The notes: generated from the letters alone by a model not told the origin. A stretch of 64,000 bases of DNA from Chrysomallon squamiferum (GCA_012295275.1 CM022671.1:27466001-27530000); one strand, 5' to 3'. Positions 12,401-26,058 are shown, numbered from the stretch's first letter. Program-made: numbers and translations.

Positions 12401-15400
12401 ATACTTGGTCTTATAAATTCTCACAACAAGTCATATTTTAAAAAAATTTGAAACACCATCTCTTCAATATAGGTTTCACCTCATTTGGAAGTGGAATTGG
12501 CAAGAATATCTGGATTTTCCAGTGTTTTGGACCAAAGCTCAATATGTACTTAAACAAAACAAAAAAATAGAGAAAAGGAAAGAACAAAAATTTTAATTAA
12601 CAGGTACAGATTACTACAGATATAAATTAATAAAACTAAAGTCAGTTTTCTGGAATCTGGATAAATAGTTTTGTACTTACACTAATATATATATATATGT
12701 TTAATGTGTGAAACTGTCATATGCTTAAACACTGGAAATTATCTATCAGTAATAATGTGCCTCATTAAGTAATTATTTTATGTATTTCATACAACTTTGT
12801 GGAAAATTCTAATGAAATCATTATTAAAGCTACTGACTGATGGTCATTTGTATTTCAGAACAAGTTGCCGTTCTAAAAGGTCATTCAGGTTTAGTGAAAG
12901 GAGTCACTTGGGATCCTGTAGGAACATACATTGCTTCTCAGGTACAGAATATAAATTTTCAAAACTTTGTCCTTCATTTTACTTCAAACGTGACGAAATA
13001 GTTGAAACATAGTTTCATCATAATTATTGGAAACAACTTATTAAATCGCCAACCATGGTAAAATTTGTGGGTTGTAGTAGTAATTGTAAAAATTATCTAC
13101 ATTTTGCCATCATCGTAATCAAATCAGTAGTTATAAAGCAATGCACTTGAAAATGGTTTATGTCTTTATGTAATATGTCGTTTCTCTTTGCAGGCTGATG
13201 ATAAAAGTTTGCGAATTTGGAGGACACGAGACTGGCAACTGGAAGCCACAATACAGGAACCCTTCAAAGAGGTGTGTTTATTTGTTAATCACAGAACAAG
13301 TAATAATTCAGAAATTTATAAAACGGTTACCTAACAAATATGGAGAGAAAAATTATGTGATACATTTTAGAATTGTGTAACTATTTCTGAAATAAGAACA
13401 GCGATTTTGAATACTGATATTTTATTTGTTTTATAAAGTAGTTTCTTTGCCAAATTGGAAACTTTATTCACTCATGTAAATAGACATTATTTTTTCAGGT
13501 ATCATTTTTCATTTCTATTAACTGGATTTCTGTCCATCATTAAAATCATAATTTATTAAGTTTTTTTTTTTTTTTTTTTTTTTTTTTCAGTGTGGAGGGA
13601 CAACTCATGTCCTGAGGCTGAACTGGTCACCTGATGGTCACTACATTGTGTCAGCTCATGCTATGAACAATTCTGGACCCACTGCTCAGATTATTGAGCG
13701 GGAGGGATGGAAGGCGACTCTTGATTTTGTTGGTCATCGGAAAGCAATTACAGTAGTTGTGAGTACACATGATGCTATTACATAGGTGTTCAGAGTTCTT
13801 TCATTTTTAATTCCGATAATGATATGTACCAAACATTTTTATTATTATTCAGGATTCATAAAATTTACCTTGACAAGAGTTTTCAGATTATCCTGAATGT
13901 TGCTCTTCAGTTATCACAAGATCTTATGCATTGTCTTTTCTTAAAAATTATCAGGAAAATGTATTTTAAGTATTTTATATATCTTAGTCTTGATTTATAT
14001 TGATTTATGTTAATAATTTCTCTCTTCTTTTTTTTTCAGAGATTTAATCCAAACATCCTGACTAAAAAGATCAAAAAAGATTCTTCTAAGGTGAAATTTT
14101 TTTTTTTTTGATGTTTAATTAATTTAACACAGCCACTTAATTATTAAATTATAATATACTATTTAAGCATAAACATTTGTCAGAAATAGGTAAAAAGTTT
14201 TATTTTAACGGGAATTTTGGTTAAATATTCTGATGACTAGTATATATATTCAGTTTTTCTATATACTTTCCATTTTTATTTCTAGTTAGAAAATTTGATA
14301 GATACATTTGTTAGTTTTGTATTTTGAATAAACTGAAAATCTTACAATTTATTATTTAATAATCTTTTACAATTTATTATTTAATTTTTAATTTTTTTTT
14401 TCAGAATCAGCAGTACTCATGTTGTGCTATTGGTAGCAAAGATCGATCTTTGTCAATATGGGTAACTAACTATAGAAACATTTATTTAAACTGTTTTTAC
14501 AGTTAATGAATCAATATTGAAAAATGTTGTTTTTTAAAAGGAAGTAATAAAATTTAGCTTGATCAGATTGAACTTCAAATTGCAAACAAGAAAAAGAATG
14601 ATCTTATTTCGTTTTTTGTTATAAAGTGAAAAAAAATCTTGATCTTCTCACAGTGGAATACAAAGACTTTGCAAAAACATCTTAACAGTAATTTTATTAA
14701 AATAATATTTATATTAATACTTACGGTAATATTTGCATTTATTTGTTCTATAATTTCTTTTGTTTAATATGTAAACTATCCATAATGTGATTTAATAATA
14801 GATGGTTTGTTTTTAAATTAAATTATTGTTATTTCAAACATTTTTCAGAAAAATAACCACTTTTTTGTGTGTTTCATGTTTACAATGACCATAGATTTCA
14901 TGACTTTTCCTTTATGAGTTGATTCAGGAGGTGTTACATATTAAAGAGTTACTACTTTTTATCAAATTATTAATCCATTCTAGCTAGTACTCTGTGACTG
15001 ATTTATCAGAGGATGTCAGTGTTCCTGACTGAAGGGAAGTAATCATAAACGATCCTTTCTTCTAACAAATACAAGAAGCATGTCGAGAGGTTGCTGCCTG
15101 TTTCTTCTCAAATTGTTATGTAAAAACCACATAATCACCTAATAAACCTCAATATTAAGATGAATTGAGGTGTTTTTATACAAAATGTAATCAATATTCA
15201 TATAGCTGTCGCAATTTCCTTAGATTTCTTTCATCAGTATTGTCAGATGTGAGGACTAATCATTCGTTTATGTATGTGAATGTTAATTTTCACTTGTTTT
15301 TTCTTCTGCAGCTGACTGCTTTGAAAAGACCACTGGTTGTAACTCACGACCTCTTTGAAAGTCCTATTATGGACATTACATGGTGAGTTTTATTGTCACC

Positions 15401-18400
15401 CATTGTTTCTATATCAGTCATATTTATATAACAATGGTTCTTTTTCACAGTGTGTATTTGATTGTTTCTATCCATTCCAAAAAACAACAACTGGAAAAAA
15501 AGAACTAGGAATAAAGGAAAATAAGAAAGTTATTGCACAGTATATTGGTTTAATTTATGCTGGACAGCTGAAAGATAGTATATATTATTGTAAAATTCCA
15601 TTTGATTTACAAAATTCAAGTTGTAGAGTACAGAACACCATAACTTTTTAAGGACTGTTTTATGTGTATAAAGAAATAGATCTGAACTCACAAGATTCTG
15701 CAAGATTGATTGAAAATATTCTTCCATGTCAGAATTTATTTGATGCTGTCTTTCATAAATTATCAATATTAATAGTCTTTATTCTTTTGGCTGTTATTTT
15801 TAGGAGCAGAGATGGTCTGGAATTGATGTGTTGTTCTCTTGATGGAACTGTGGCATTTCTAGACTTCACAAAGGAAGAAATTGGAGTTGCTCTTTCTGTG
15901 GAAGAACGGGTTTGTTTATTTTCCTATTTCTCAACATAATTTCAGTCTTAAAGATGGAAATCCAATTTCATACTTATCTGTTTGTCAACATGTATTTGTT
16001 TTAAAAATAGTCATGTTCAAAACATAATTATCAGTAGATATCTATCTACAGATGACAAATTTGTCATTATTCATGAATATCTTTGCAGCAAAGTTTGCTG
16101 GAGAGGACATATGGAAAGTCACTGCCAATAAACATGTTATCAAACCACACTACTCAGATTATAGAGTCAGCAGCCATTTTGAATCTTCAGCAGCAGCAGA
16201 AAACCATGGATGTAATTGCACCAAAAGAGATCAGTCTTGCCTCGAATTCCTCTTCCAACATGACCAATGGAGACAAACCATTCAAGGTGAAAAAGAAAAC
16301 TAAACTCCACGAAAATGGTGTTTGATACAATAAACAAATATTTAATGATGGGGAAATATAATTTGTAAATTTTAAACGTTACATTATTTTTCTCGTTGTC
16401 GTCATTAACTGTGGCAATATAGAAATATAGAAATAACAATCAAAAGCACATTTATTCATATTTCCAGATATCTGGATTCTGTAATAAGCTTCTTTTTTTT
16501 TTTAGGCAAAAAATATTAAGTTTATGCAATTTCAGTAAAAGTTTTAAATTATGTAACTTTTTTTTTTTTTTTTTTATTTTTTTTTTAAATAAATAAATAA
16601 CACCTATCTTTTGTTTTAGTTGGTTGTTTTTTGTTTTTCAGCCACGAGATAAACAGATAGAAACAAAAACACCTGATGGAAGAAGAAGAATCACACCAAT
16701 TTTCCTCGCCCCACAGCCAGACGTTGGGTAAGAGAGTAAAAAGTCACACAACACACAACTTACACGAAATGTTTCAGTGAACACAGCATTCCAGTTATGA
16801 AGACATACGAACAATGTTAATTTTTGTATATATTTGTTGTTATTAGTATCAGTCTGTTACTTTTTAATTTTAAATCAAACAAAATTAATAAATTTAGTTA
16901 GCAAGGAAAAGTGTATGATTATGGTGATAAATACGGTTTATACTGAAACTTCAAGAAGAGTGTTTTATTGTGATGTAAGAAGAGATTAGAGATTAATGCA
17001 GATGTTTGCTGCCATTTTTATTGTTCCAGTACTGGTAGTAACCATCTTGAAAAAATTGTTATACTTGTTTTGGGTTGTTTTTGTTTGTTCTGTTTGATTT
17101 TGTGTTTTTTTTATATATTAAAAAAAATAATAAATCACAAAGAAAATTATAATTTTTTCTTTGATATGTTTAATAATTTCTATATATAATAAATTTTGGT
17201 GAAAAAATGTTCTTGTACATCTTTTTTAACAGTGGAGCACCACTTCCTTTCAATGCACGGAAGATTGAGTTTAGCACGACCAAAGAGCTGAGCACCATTG
17301 TGATAGAGAAACAGAATCGTGTCACAGGTCCTGGATTGTCCCCTGCAACATCATCACCATCTGTGACATCGCCAACGCAAAGCAAAAACAGTCAGCCAAC
17401 CACAGACATCACCGCAACCTCTACAAAAACACCCTCCACAACATCCTCACAGCCAGTTACCTCAGCAGCTCCTGTGAAATCTTACAATGATATACAGGTG
17501 AGATTTAATCTTTTAATTTTTTTTTTTTTTAGGTTGTATGTTAAACAGGTAGGAGATTTTTTAACAGAGGTATTGTTTATTTATTAATGAACACTTGCGT
17601 TATTATTTATTTAATTATGTTAATATAAGATAATATTTAGACTGAGTGGTATTTATAAAAGATAAGTAGATAAAATGTATTTCTCTGGCACTGTTCAGAC
17701 TATTGAATTGATAGTTATATAAGATTTATTTAAGTGAATTAGTAAGTTAGAACACTAGTGATTGATCATTTTTGAAAAACAAAAAAAAGAAAAACATTTT
17801 TATATAGAATCCAACAGTGAAGTCACATTTTGCATTGATAACCAACATAAATATAAATTAATGTTGTTACCCATTGTTTTTTCATTATTTGTTAAAAAGA
17901 GGAAAAACACATTTCATGTGTGTAAAAATAATTTTTTTCACTTTGAACTCTTTACTTCTTACAATTTTGTTTATTTTTTTAAGTTATTATTTTGTTTTTG
18001 TTGAAAGCCAATGACAGCCTTAGAAAAGACTCCTGACAAACAGAAAGCAAAGTCTGTTGTTTCTGAAGTTTCTTCTGAGAAAACCAAACCAGAAAAAAGT
18101 ACTTCAGCTTCTTCAGTTATGACAACACCAGTAGCTCCGTAAGTTACTATATTTATATCAGCAACGTTTTACTCAGTTCTGTCTTGACAGTTCTGTTTAG
18201 CAGGTGAGAAACTGAACAGTAGATAATTTAAATATTTTAGGTCTCCTTTATTTTTCTAATATTAGGTGTTAATTTGTGTTGCCTAAAAGCCAGATATCTT
18301 TCAGCAGTTTGGAGTAATAGATAGATGGATCATGTACCATCCAAACTAAGCATATCTCTGACTTATGTCTGGACATGTTTGTCAGAAAAACTAAATAAAT

Positions 18401-19295
18401 ATATTTTAAAGACATCAGAATACCTGAAAATATGCCTGACAAAGATTCACTGCTTATCACAGAATGTTTCGAGTGCATGTACCTGTAAAAACAAATTGCA
18501 CACATTATAAACTTGTTTAAGAACACAGACAAATATATTCGCACAAATGCACACACAACTATTAAGTACATCAAATCACTTGATTGCAATAAAACATAAA
18601 AGTTACAATTTTCACTTACACTAAATGATAAAATAGTTCTTCCTTTTGATAATGATGGTGAAAATGATGATGATGAAAAAAAAAAAAATAGTAGTAGCAG
18701 TAATAGTAATAATAATAATAATAATAAAATATAAAATATAAAATTTAAATTTAATAAAGTGTTACATTATTTTTAAAACTAGTTAAAAACCAGAGCCACA
18801 AAGATTAAAATCAGTAATACATTTGATGATATTAAAATAAATTTTAACCATTACTGTAACATGTGATTCTTGATAATTATTTTTTCTATCTAGATCCACT
18901 TTACTTAAACTGATAGAAGTTATTTTTAATTTATATTAAATATTTTTTGGTTTCTGTTATAAAAAACTTCTGTAGACCTGTCAGTGAGAAAGATAAAGTT
19001 GTGGAAAAAGCTCGACTCACTACAAGTTTACCAATCAAGAGAAAACTGGACGAAAGAAGACAAGGTCGAGGTAGACCTAGGAAGATAGACAGAGAGGTCA
19101 GAGAGGCGGACAGGTCATTCGGACCTGGTCCAGCCACACAGGTCAGTGAAAGAAAGAAAGAAAAAACAACATTATTTCATTTTTGTTGATTTATTATTAT
19201 AAAATTTGCATTAGTTGTGCATTAATGTGATCTGGAATGAGATAATTTTTACTTAATATTGATTAAAATTTTAACCATATAAAGATAATAATGCT

Positions 19296-19328
<33 letters not shown>

Positions 19329-20747
19329 CTTGTTGTCAAAAATATGTCTTTGGATTTGTTATGATACATTATTATCTCTAAATTTTTCAAAATTGTTTTA
19401 TTTATACTTTGAGAGCATAGTTTTCAATTACTTTTTGTTATGTGTAATGCAAAAGTACATGTTTATGTGATAAGAAGGATAAATTTATGTTTATTTCAGG
19501 TTGGGGTAGATCGGGAGATCATACGACACATTCCTGTCAGTTCTGACTTGCATTTACCCGTTCCAAACATAGACAAGTCTTCAGAGAAACTGGTAAGCAA
19601 AGATTTCTATTATTTAAAAATTAAATTACATCTTTTTGTGTTCTCTTGTTTATATCTAAATATACCTCCTATACTCTTATCTATCTATCTATTTCTAATT
19701 ATAAAAACACTTTTTTTCCAAAGCAGTTACCAGAGCATGTTGAATTTCAACATTTTTTAATTCCATATAGTCAGTTCATAAATATTTTCTGTAATGTATA
19801 TTAAAGACCAATTTTAAAAAAAATATATGTAAAACTAATTCTTTGCTGTTCATCGGAAATGACAACATAATAAAAACGTTTTACCAGTGAATAGAATCTG
19901 TTTCATTTGAGATGAAAAAGTAGTAACTTGTCTTGCAGCCATATTCTTTCATGTTCTTTCTCTTCTTTTCTCTCTTCACTACTTGTTACTAAGCAGAAAA
20001 CATATGTATAAGTATCCTGTACAAAGTTATAAATTATTTACAGATTCATGGAAAGATGGGATCTGAGAATTCTCTTGTGCTGGAGGTAGAAAATGACATT
20101 CAGGCAGGATCCATCTCAGTTCACAAGGTGAAGTGTTTAAAAGGTGGGACTGTTGCCTGGGAACAAGTTTTTACTTCAAAAGTCAACATAGTAAATGGAT
20201 CAAGGTAGGAATTTTTTTTCATATATTATTTATTATTTTATATATATATATCTATATATATTTTAATGCCAAGATATTTTTTATTACTTTATAAATTAAT
20301 TTTTGAAAATTATTTTTTATAAATGTTATTATATGTACATCTTTTTCTCCTAAAAAAAATTAAAAGTAATTTATTTAATGTATTCACTTAACTGTTACAT
20401 GTATACATTATGGTAAAAGCTAACATTCCATCTATTTCTGTTTATTTCAATACAGTTAACATTATTCTGAAGTCTTTCTAATGCAGATTTTTTTCAGTTA
20501 CATAACAATTTTCAAACGTGTATTTTTCAGCATGTTGACATGCATTGGTTGTGAAAACAACACCTTGTCAATCTTTAGTGTTGGAGGAAGAAAACTTTTG
20601 CCTAGTCTGATGCTGAACTCCAAAATATCAGTGTTAGAGTGCAACAATCAGTTTGTGATGGTTATTACTCAAAAAGGCAGTCTGTATGTGTGGTACGTGT
20701 AATCTTTTCTGCTTCTCTGTACATACTTATGTATTAAAACAGTATTA

Positions 20748-20779
<32 letters not shown>

Positions 20780-21437
20780 CACTGCTATTACTATTATTAT
20801 TTTTATCATCATCATCATCATTTTCACCATCATTATCAAAAGGAAGAACTATTTTATTATTAAGCATAAGTGAAAGTTGTAAATTTTATGTTTTGCTGCA
20901 GTCAGGTTATTAGATGTATTTGACAGTTGCGTGTGAATGTATTTGTCTGTGTTCTTAAACAAGTTTATAATGTGTGCATTTTGTTTTTACAGGAACATGC
21001 ACACAAGACATTCTGTGATAAGCAACGAATCTTTGTCAGGCATATTTTCAGGTATTTTGATGTTTTTAAAATTAGACTGGGTATATAGTATGAATTTATT
21101 TATTTATTTATATATTAAAGGAGATTTAAGATATGCAAAAATATTCACTTTGACAAGATTTTTCAAATTATATTAAAAATAGGTTTGTGTAATGGTGTCA
21201 GTATTATAATTATAATATTTTTAAATTAATTTTTCCAAGAATAAACCAACTCAATTATTATTGTTATTAAATTAATTTTTTTTTAAATTTGCATATACAT
21301 AATAAATTAGCTATTTTTATTCTAAAAAATAATAATAAACTAAACACTACTTATTATTATTACTATTAATACATTTTTTATTGCTTTATTATTTTTGTTC
21401 TAATTCATTATTATTTTTTTCCCCTCAATTCTTCTAA

Positions 21438-21468
<31 letters not shown>

Positions 21469-22515
21469 TTTGTTTATTATTTCAGCAAAGGACAAACTAG
21501 AAAAGTCACTGTTGACTGCTGAAGGTGTTCCTGTTCTTTCATTATCAAACAAAAAATCATTTACATTTTCTCCAGACATTTGCTCTTGGTATGTGTTTCT
21601 CTCTTTTCTTTTTATTATAGTTCATCACAAAACATGAATTTATTTACACTTCTGTTGTTAGATTCTATTTTATTTTATTTTATATTTTTTTGCTGAAAAA
21701 TACTGAAACTTGTTTATTGATATTCTTAATTATATAAGTTAAAAGGAAACTCAATTACATTTTGTTGCTATTTTAGGTTTTTTTAGTTTTTATTTTATTC
21801 GTTATTTTATTATATATTTTTGGATATAATTATAATAGGGTTTAATTCAGAAACATTTTAATTTTATTCAGTTTTTCATCTATGTGCTCGAAATGTTTCA
21901 TGTTTTAAGTCACTTTTAAAACCAGTGTAATTCTGTTTATCAGCTTATTACATCAGCTAGTGATATATTTCAGTGTATTAGTTAGTTTTATATTTAAGTA
22001 AACAAACTAGTTATATACTGCAATATATATTTCAATATATCAAACACTTGTATATTTCAGTATATCATCCAGTTGTTATATATCAGTATATCAGTTACAT
22101 TTGTGTATTTCAGTTGCATATTTGTCTTTATATTCCTCACCCTCAGTTTTATTTGTACACAGAAACTAGTTATTTTTCAGTAATTCAGTTAAATATCTGT
22201 ATTTGTTTTATCTGTACAGGATGCTGGTTAATGACAAGACAGATTTTCTGCAGACGTGTTCAGCTCATCAGAGTTGTCTCCCTCAGAACAAAACCAGCGT
22301 CTCAGGACCACTGTCCTCACTGCAGACTAAAGATGACAGGTAGTTTTACTGTGTGTTAAAAAGTCTCTTCTTTTTCACATTACAAAATACAGATATGAGT
22401 AGCATTTATGTCAATTTTCATTTCAGATTATTCAATTTCATGATTTTTGTTTTTAATTTAACTATTTATTATGTATTTGTTTAATTTGTGGTTCAGTTTT
22501 TATTTATTTATTTTT

Positions 22516-22548
<33 letters not shown>

Positions 22549-22618
22549 AATTATTTTTGTTAATACTATTATTATTATTATGCTTGTTTTTTAAATTATT
22601 ATTATTATTATTTTATTA

Positions 22619-22664
<46 letters not shown>

Positions 22665-23050
22665 TATTATTATTATTTTTTTTATTATTATTATTTTTTT
22701 AATTTATTATTATTAATATTACTAATGTTATGTTACGTTTTTCACAAATTTCATTCAGAACCCAAACAAAGATACAGAACATGTAAGATATTTTACTAAT
22801 ACTGAGTTAAATGTTTTCAGACCTGGTCTTCAGGCCTCTAAGACTCTGGGTTCTTCGCCCAGCCTGCAGAAAACATCAACCATCAGCCATCTTGAAGCTC
22901 AGGTTGCAGTGTGCCTTGGTCTGAAATCTTCATCCGAGTATCAGTTCTGGTTACTGACGTATGTCCGCTACCTTGTTCAGGAAGGTGAGTAGAGAAAAAT
23001 TGGAGTGTTTAGTGAAATTTAAAATATATTATTGGGTATTGCTGTTTTAA

Positions 23051-23081
<31 letters not shown>

Positions 23082-24127
23082 TATTAAACTGATCATTATA
23101 AAATATATATTTTCAAGAAAATATTGTGTAATTAAGCTGTGAATGAAAATGATAACAATATTTTAGGAGCATTATACCAGTGCTTAAAGCTAATAAATGT
23201 TAAATGCATTAGAGGCATCCATAATTTTATTTTTTTAAACTGTAATAGTGAAGAAAGTGGGAATTTTAAATTGATTTTTATTCTCAAAATATATACTAAT
23301 CATGTATCTGAGATACTGTTTTATTTGCTATTTTTAATGATATTTGTTAATAAAAAAAGTTACAGTAAAATACCAATGACACTTGGAGGTTGAGGTTTTT
23401 CCTTTTATGGTGACATCAGATAGCATATTGTCAAATAAAGGAACAAAGCAAAAAGCAAATTTGAGTTTATAACATCTGTCTGTTATTGATCTTACTTTTT
23501 TCAATATATCCAGATGAACATATTAGTTTATTATTAATGTCATAATATTAGCAAAGACCTGTAAATAGAAAATTACACAAATGATTAATTTGTTTTTATT
23601 ATACTGCCAGTGGGTACATTTTAAACTGAACAATGACTTAAATATTCTATCAGTTTCCTGTATTTTATTACTTTATTTTTGATCCAGGATTTGAAAGCAA
23701 ACTCCGTGAAGTGTGTGATGATTTGTTGGGTCCCCTTTACAGATCCAAGAAGTCAAAGTTCTGGGAAGAGACTGTGCTGGTAACTCTTTTTTATTATATC
23801 TTCATTTAATTCTCTCTTTCTCTCTCGCTCTTTCTGCCTCTCATTTTCTCTCTTTTACTCTCTCATGCCCTCTTTCTCTCTCTTTCACTCTCTCTCTCTG
23901 TCTCTCTCATTTTGAGTTTCTGAAACTACATTCACAATTATTTTACCAGTTGTTTAGTCCTTTTTATTATTTTCTTTCTTTGTTTTTCTCACTCCATTTT
24001 TTCTTTTTTTTTTCAGGGTATTAAGAAGAGGGATCTTCTGAAGCAGATTCTTCCCATCATTGGAGCAAATCTTCGATGGCAGCGATTATACACAGAATAT
24101 CAGGAACAGTTAGACTCTGTCTCATAG
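8765..24127 (+). CDS. HIRA: Protein HIRA, histone H3.3 chaperone (WD40 repeats, B-domain, C-terminal Hira domain), 27 coding exons, 1003 aa
   Basis: Exons 8765-8801, 9313-9375, 10446-10556, 11161-11251, 11778-11866, 12283-12378, 12859-12941, 13194-13271, 13591-13758, 14040-14090, 14405-14461, 15312-15382, 15804-15909, 16089-16286, 16642-16727, 17233-17497, 18008-18138, 18976-19141, 19500-19592, 20044-20204, 20531-20692, 20993-21051, 21486-21588, 22220-22339, 22821-22984, 23688-23779, 24017-24127. Total 3012 nt, GT-AG introns, phases consistent. Starts MRLLKPAWVTYEGKPIFSIDIHPDG..GKVVIWNMSPV..LCQMDNHLACVNCVRWS. Also GGTTHVLRLNWSPDG, the B-domain KQIETKTPDGRRRITP, EYQFWLLTYVRYL and the end ..NLRWQRLYTEYQEQLDSVS*. 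Exons 16-19 (low-conservation linker) are less certain. Confidence 0.95.
10630..10980 (+). repeat. Local diverged direct duplication (~90-100 bp) in HIRA intron 3
   Basis: ACCAGCATAA..GATATGA..TTTATGATGAAAATCACCATTA..GTTAATTAA occurs at ~10633-10720 and ~10878-10975. Confidence 0.65.
11228..11413 (+). repeat. Three ~60-bp tandem units containing the HIRA exon-4 3' end and donor site
   Basis: TATTATCTGGCAAACAAGCAG|GTAA..TTATTTATAA..TAGAATGTAATA is repeated, with GT at 11252, 11311 and 11371. Confidence 0.9.
11430..11585 (+). repeat. Dispersed ~150-bp AT-rich repeat, copy 1 (copy 2 at ~14740-14885)
   Basis: TCTATAATTTC.TTTGTTTA.TATGT..TTAATAATA.ATGGTT..TTTTAAATTAA.TTATTGTTATTTCAAA.ATTTTTCA.AAAAATAA.CACTTTTTT is shared between HIRA introns 4 and 11. 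Confidence 0.7.
14740..14885 (+). repeat. Dispersed ~150-bp AT-rich repeat, copy 2
   Basis: Direct match to 11430-11585. Confidence 0.7.
18404..18725 (-). pseudogene. Inverted copy of HIRA exon 22 with flanking intron sequence, located inside HIRA intron 17
   Basis: The reverse complement aligns to ~20750-21070. The exon part has 53/59 identity (YMHSKHSVISSESLSGIFS vs NMHTRHSVISNESLSGIFS). The acceptor TTTTTACAG and donor CAG|GTATT are both retained. Confidence 0.92.
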
Positions 24128-24263
24128 AACACAAATTGTCAGATAGGGGTAGAAATTTCTAGAAGAGGCAGCAACTTGTTCAACCAGCCATGTTAAATAA
24201 ATACAAGCAGACAGTACCAAGCAGTTGCATCAGTTCAGTTACATCAGCATAAACTGATTATAA

Positions 24264-24425
24264 ATGACTTCATGTTGGTAATAATGTCAAGATGATGATC
24301 CAGATGGTAACCTTCAAAATGACTTGTTGATTAAAAATGTCAAGGAGATGGTACAGGTTATAATTTCAAGATGACTTTGTATTGCTTACAACATCAAGAT
24401 GATGATCCAGATTATTACTTCAAGA
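24264..24425 (+). repeat. Degenerate ~54-bp tandem repeat (3 units) in the HIRA 3' UTR
   Basis: ATGACTT....TCAAGATGATGATCCAGAT....CTTCAA units at ~24264, 24319 and 24371; related fragments continue to ~24560. Confidence 0.6.
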
Positions 24426-25610
24426 ATTTGGTTATAGTGCCAGAATATTTATTATAATTGTTTTGATATCAGTTTTAAGACATTAAGTTGGTTATAACTT
24501 CAAGATTTCTTGATACTGGTTATACATGCTAAGTGACATAAAGTGCATGGTAACTTTATAATGAATGAACCAGCAAAGTTACTTGACATCCCAAATTACT
24601 GCCTGGAACTGGTTAGAACAGAAAAATGCTCGGTACTGACATGTGCGATTGATTCTGGGAGATGACTAAAGATTGACTTTAAATAGATCATTACAGAATA
24701 ATTTGATACTGGTCATAGCTTTACAGTAATATAAAAATAGTTAGTTCTCCAAATAATTGTAGTTGTAAACTGGTTATAACTAGAGATAACTTCATGAACA
24801 TTTTATTAGTTAACAAAACTGCATGTTAACTTTAATGTAGTTACTGCTTAAAATGATTTAACATGTGTTATGACTGTGTGGTAACTTTAGAATGGTTGTT
24901 GCTGCAGAATTATTTATATATGACTGCATCATAGCTTTAAGTAAGGTTGCAGCTGTAATGAGATTATTAGATCACCCATCATTGTTTGTAAATCTTTTGT
25001 AATAGAGTGGTTTGGTTGCAGATTAACTAGTGTGTTAGAGTTGAGAAAAAATGCTTTTTTTGATTTGCCTCAGTTTGGTTAAATCCGGAGCTGATTAGAT
25101 GTCTGATGTATATTTGATTTATAGAAAGTTTAGTCAGAATGATAGAAGTTCAGTGAAACCAGATTTTTGAAAATGAGGCAATGAAATGATGAAAGACTGA
25201 TACTCATAAAGACATTTGTATTCTGGGATTTATTTTAAACATTTCTAAATTGTGTGGTGTGACAACAACAAAAAAATACATTCAGGGAGACATCAAGTTA
25301 TTTAAATTCTTAAAGAAAATGTTGTTAAACATTGATTAATTCAAATCCTGAAACCACAAAAATAGGATTATCTTGAATTAAGAGATAATCAATATTTACC
25401 ACAATTTCAGGTTTATATCCTTAATCTGAATCACGATTATGATTATTCATATTAAGTTATTTTTTATATATCATCTAGCCATCTGATATTCCATTTCTAT
25501 CATTTTAATTATTAAACTTTAAAATATTTAATATTGAAGAAAATAATGACTTGCACTGACGATTTTCATTCTTTTTTTCTTTTTTAATTATTATTATTAT
25601 GGAACAGGAG

Positions 25611-25616
25611 AATAAA
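25611..25616 (+). terminator. Candidate HIRA polyadenylation signal
   Basis: AATAAA followed by T/GT-rich sequence, near the point where CpG depletion ends. Alternatives at 24196 and 25756. Confidence 0.3.
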
Positions 25617-25975
25617 GTTTCTTCCCTGTTTTCACGAACCAACATGTTGTTATTCTTTTATGTGCACGTCGTTTTATACTTAGTCTGGGAACAGTTTTAT
25701 TGAGGAAAAAAAAAAGAAAAAGAAAGGAAAACATTTCAGGACTGAAATTCAGACAATAAATTTAGATACCGGTATTTTCGTACTTTAATTTCTTCAAGAG
25801 TAATTTGTTATTGTTTATATAATTGGAGCGGTAGTAACCTATTAGTTCGTAAATAAATATTGAATTAAAAAAAAAAAAAAAAACCAGATGGAATATGACG
25901 ATATTTTGCAATCCTAACATTAAGATTTCAACTAGAGTTACGGTTCTTGCTTTTTAAAATTAAAATAAATGACTT

Positions 25976-26058
<83 letters not shown>

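Noticed and set aside
19036-19084. AT-hook/NLS-like KRK..GRGRPRK in HIRA as a novelty
   Set aside because: A GRPRK basic motif is also present in vertebrate HIRA, so it is not new.
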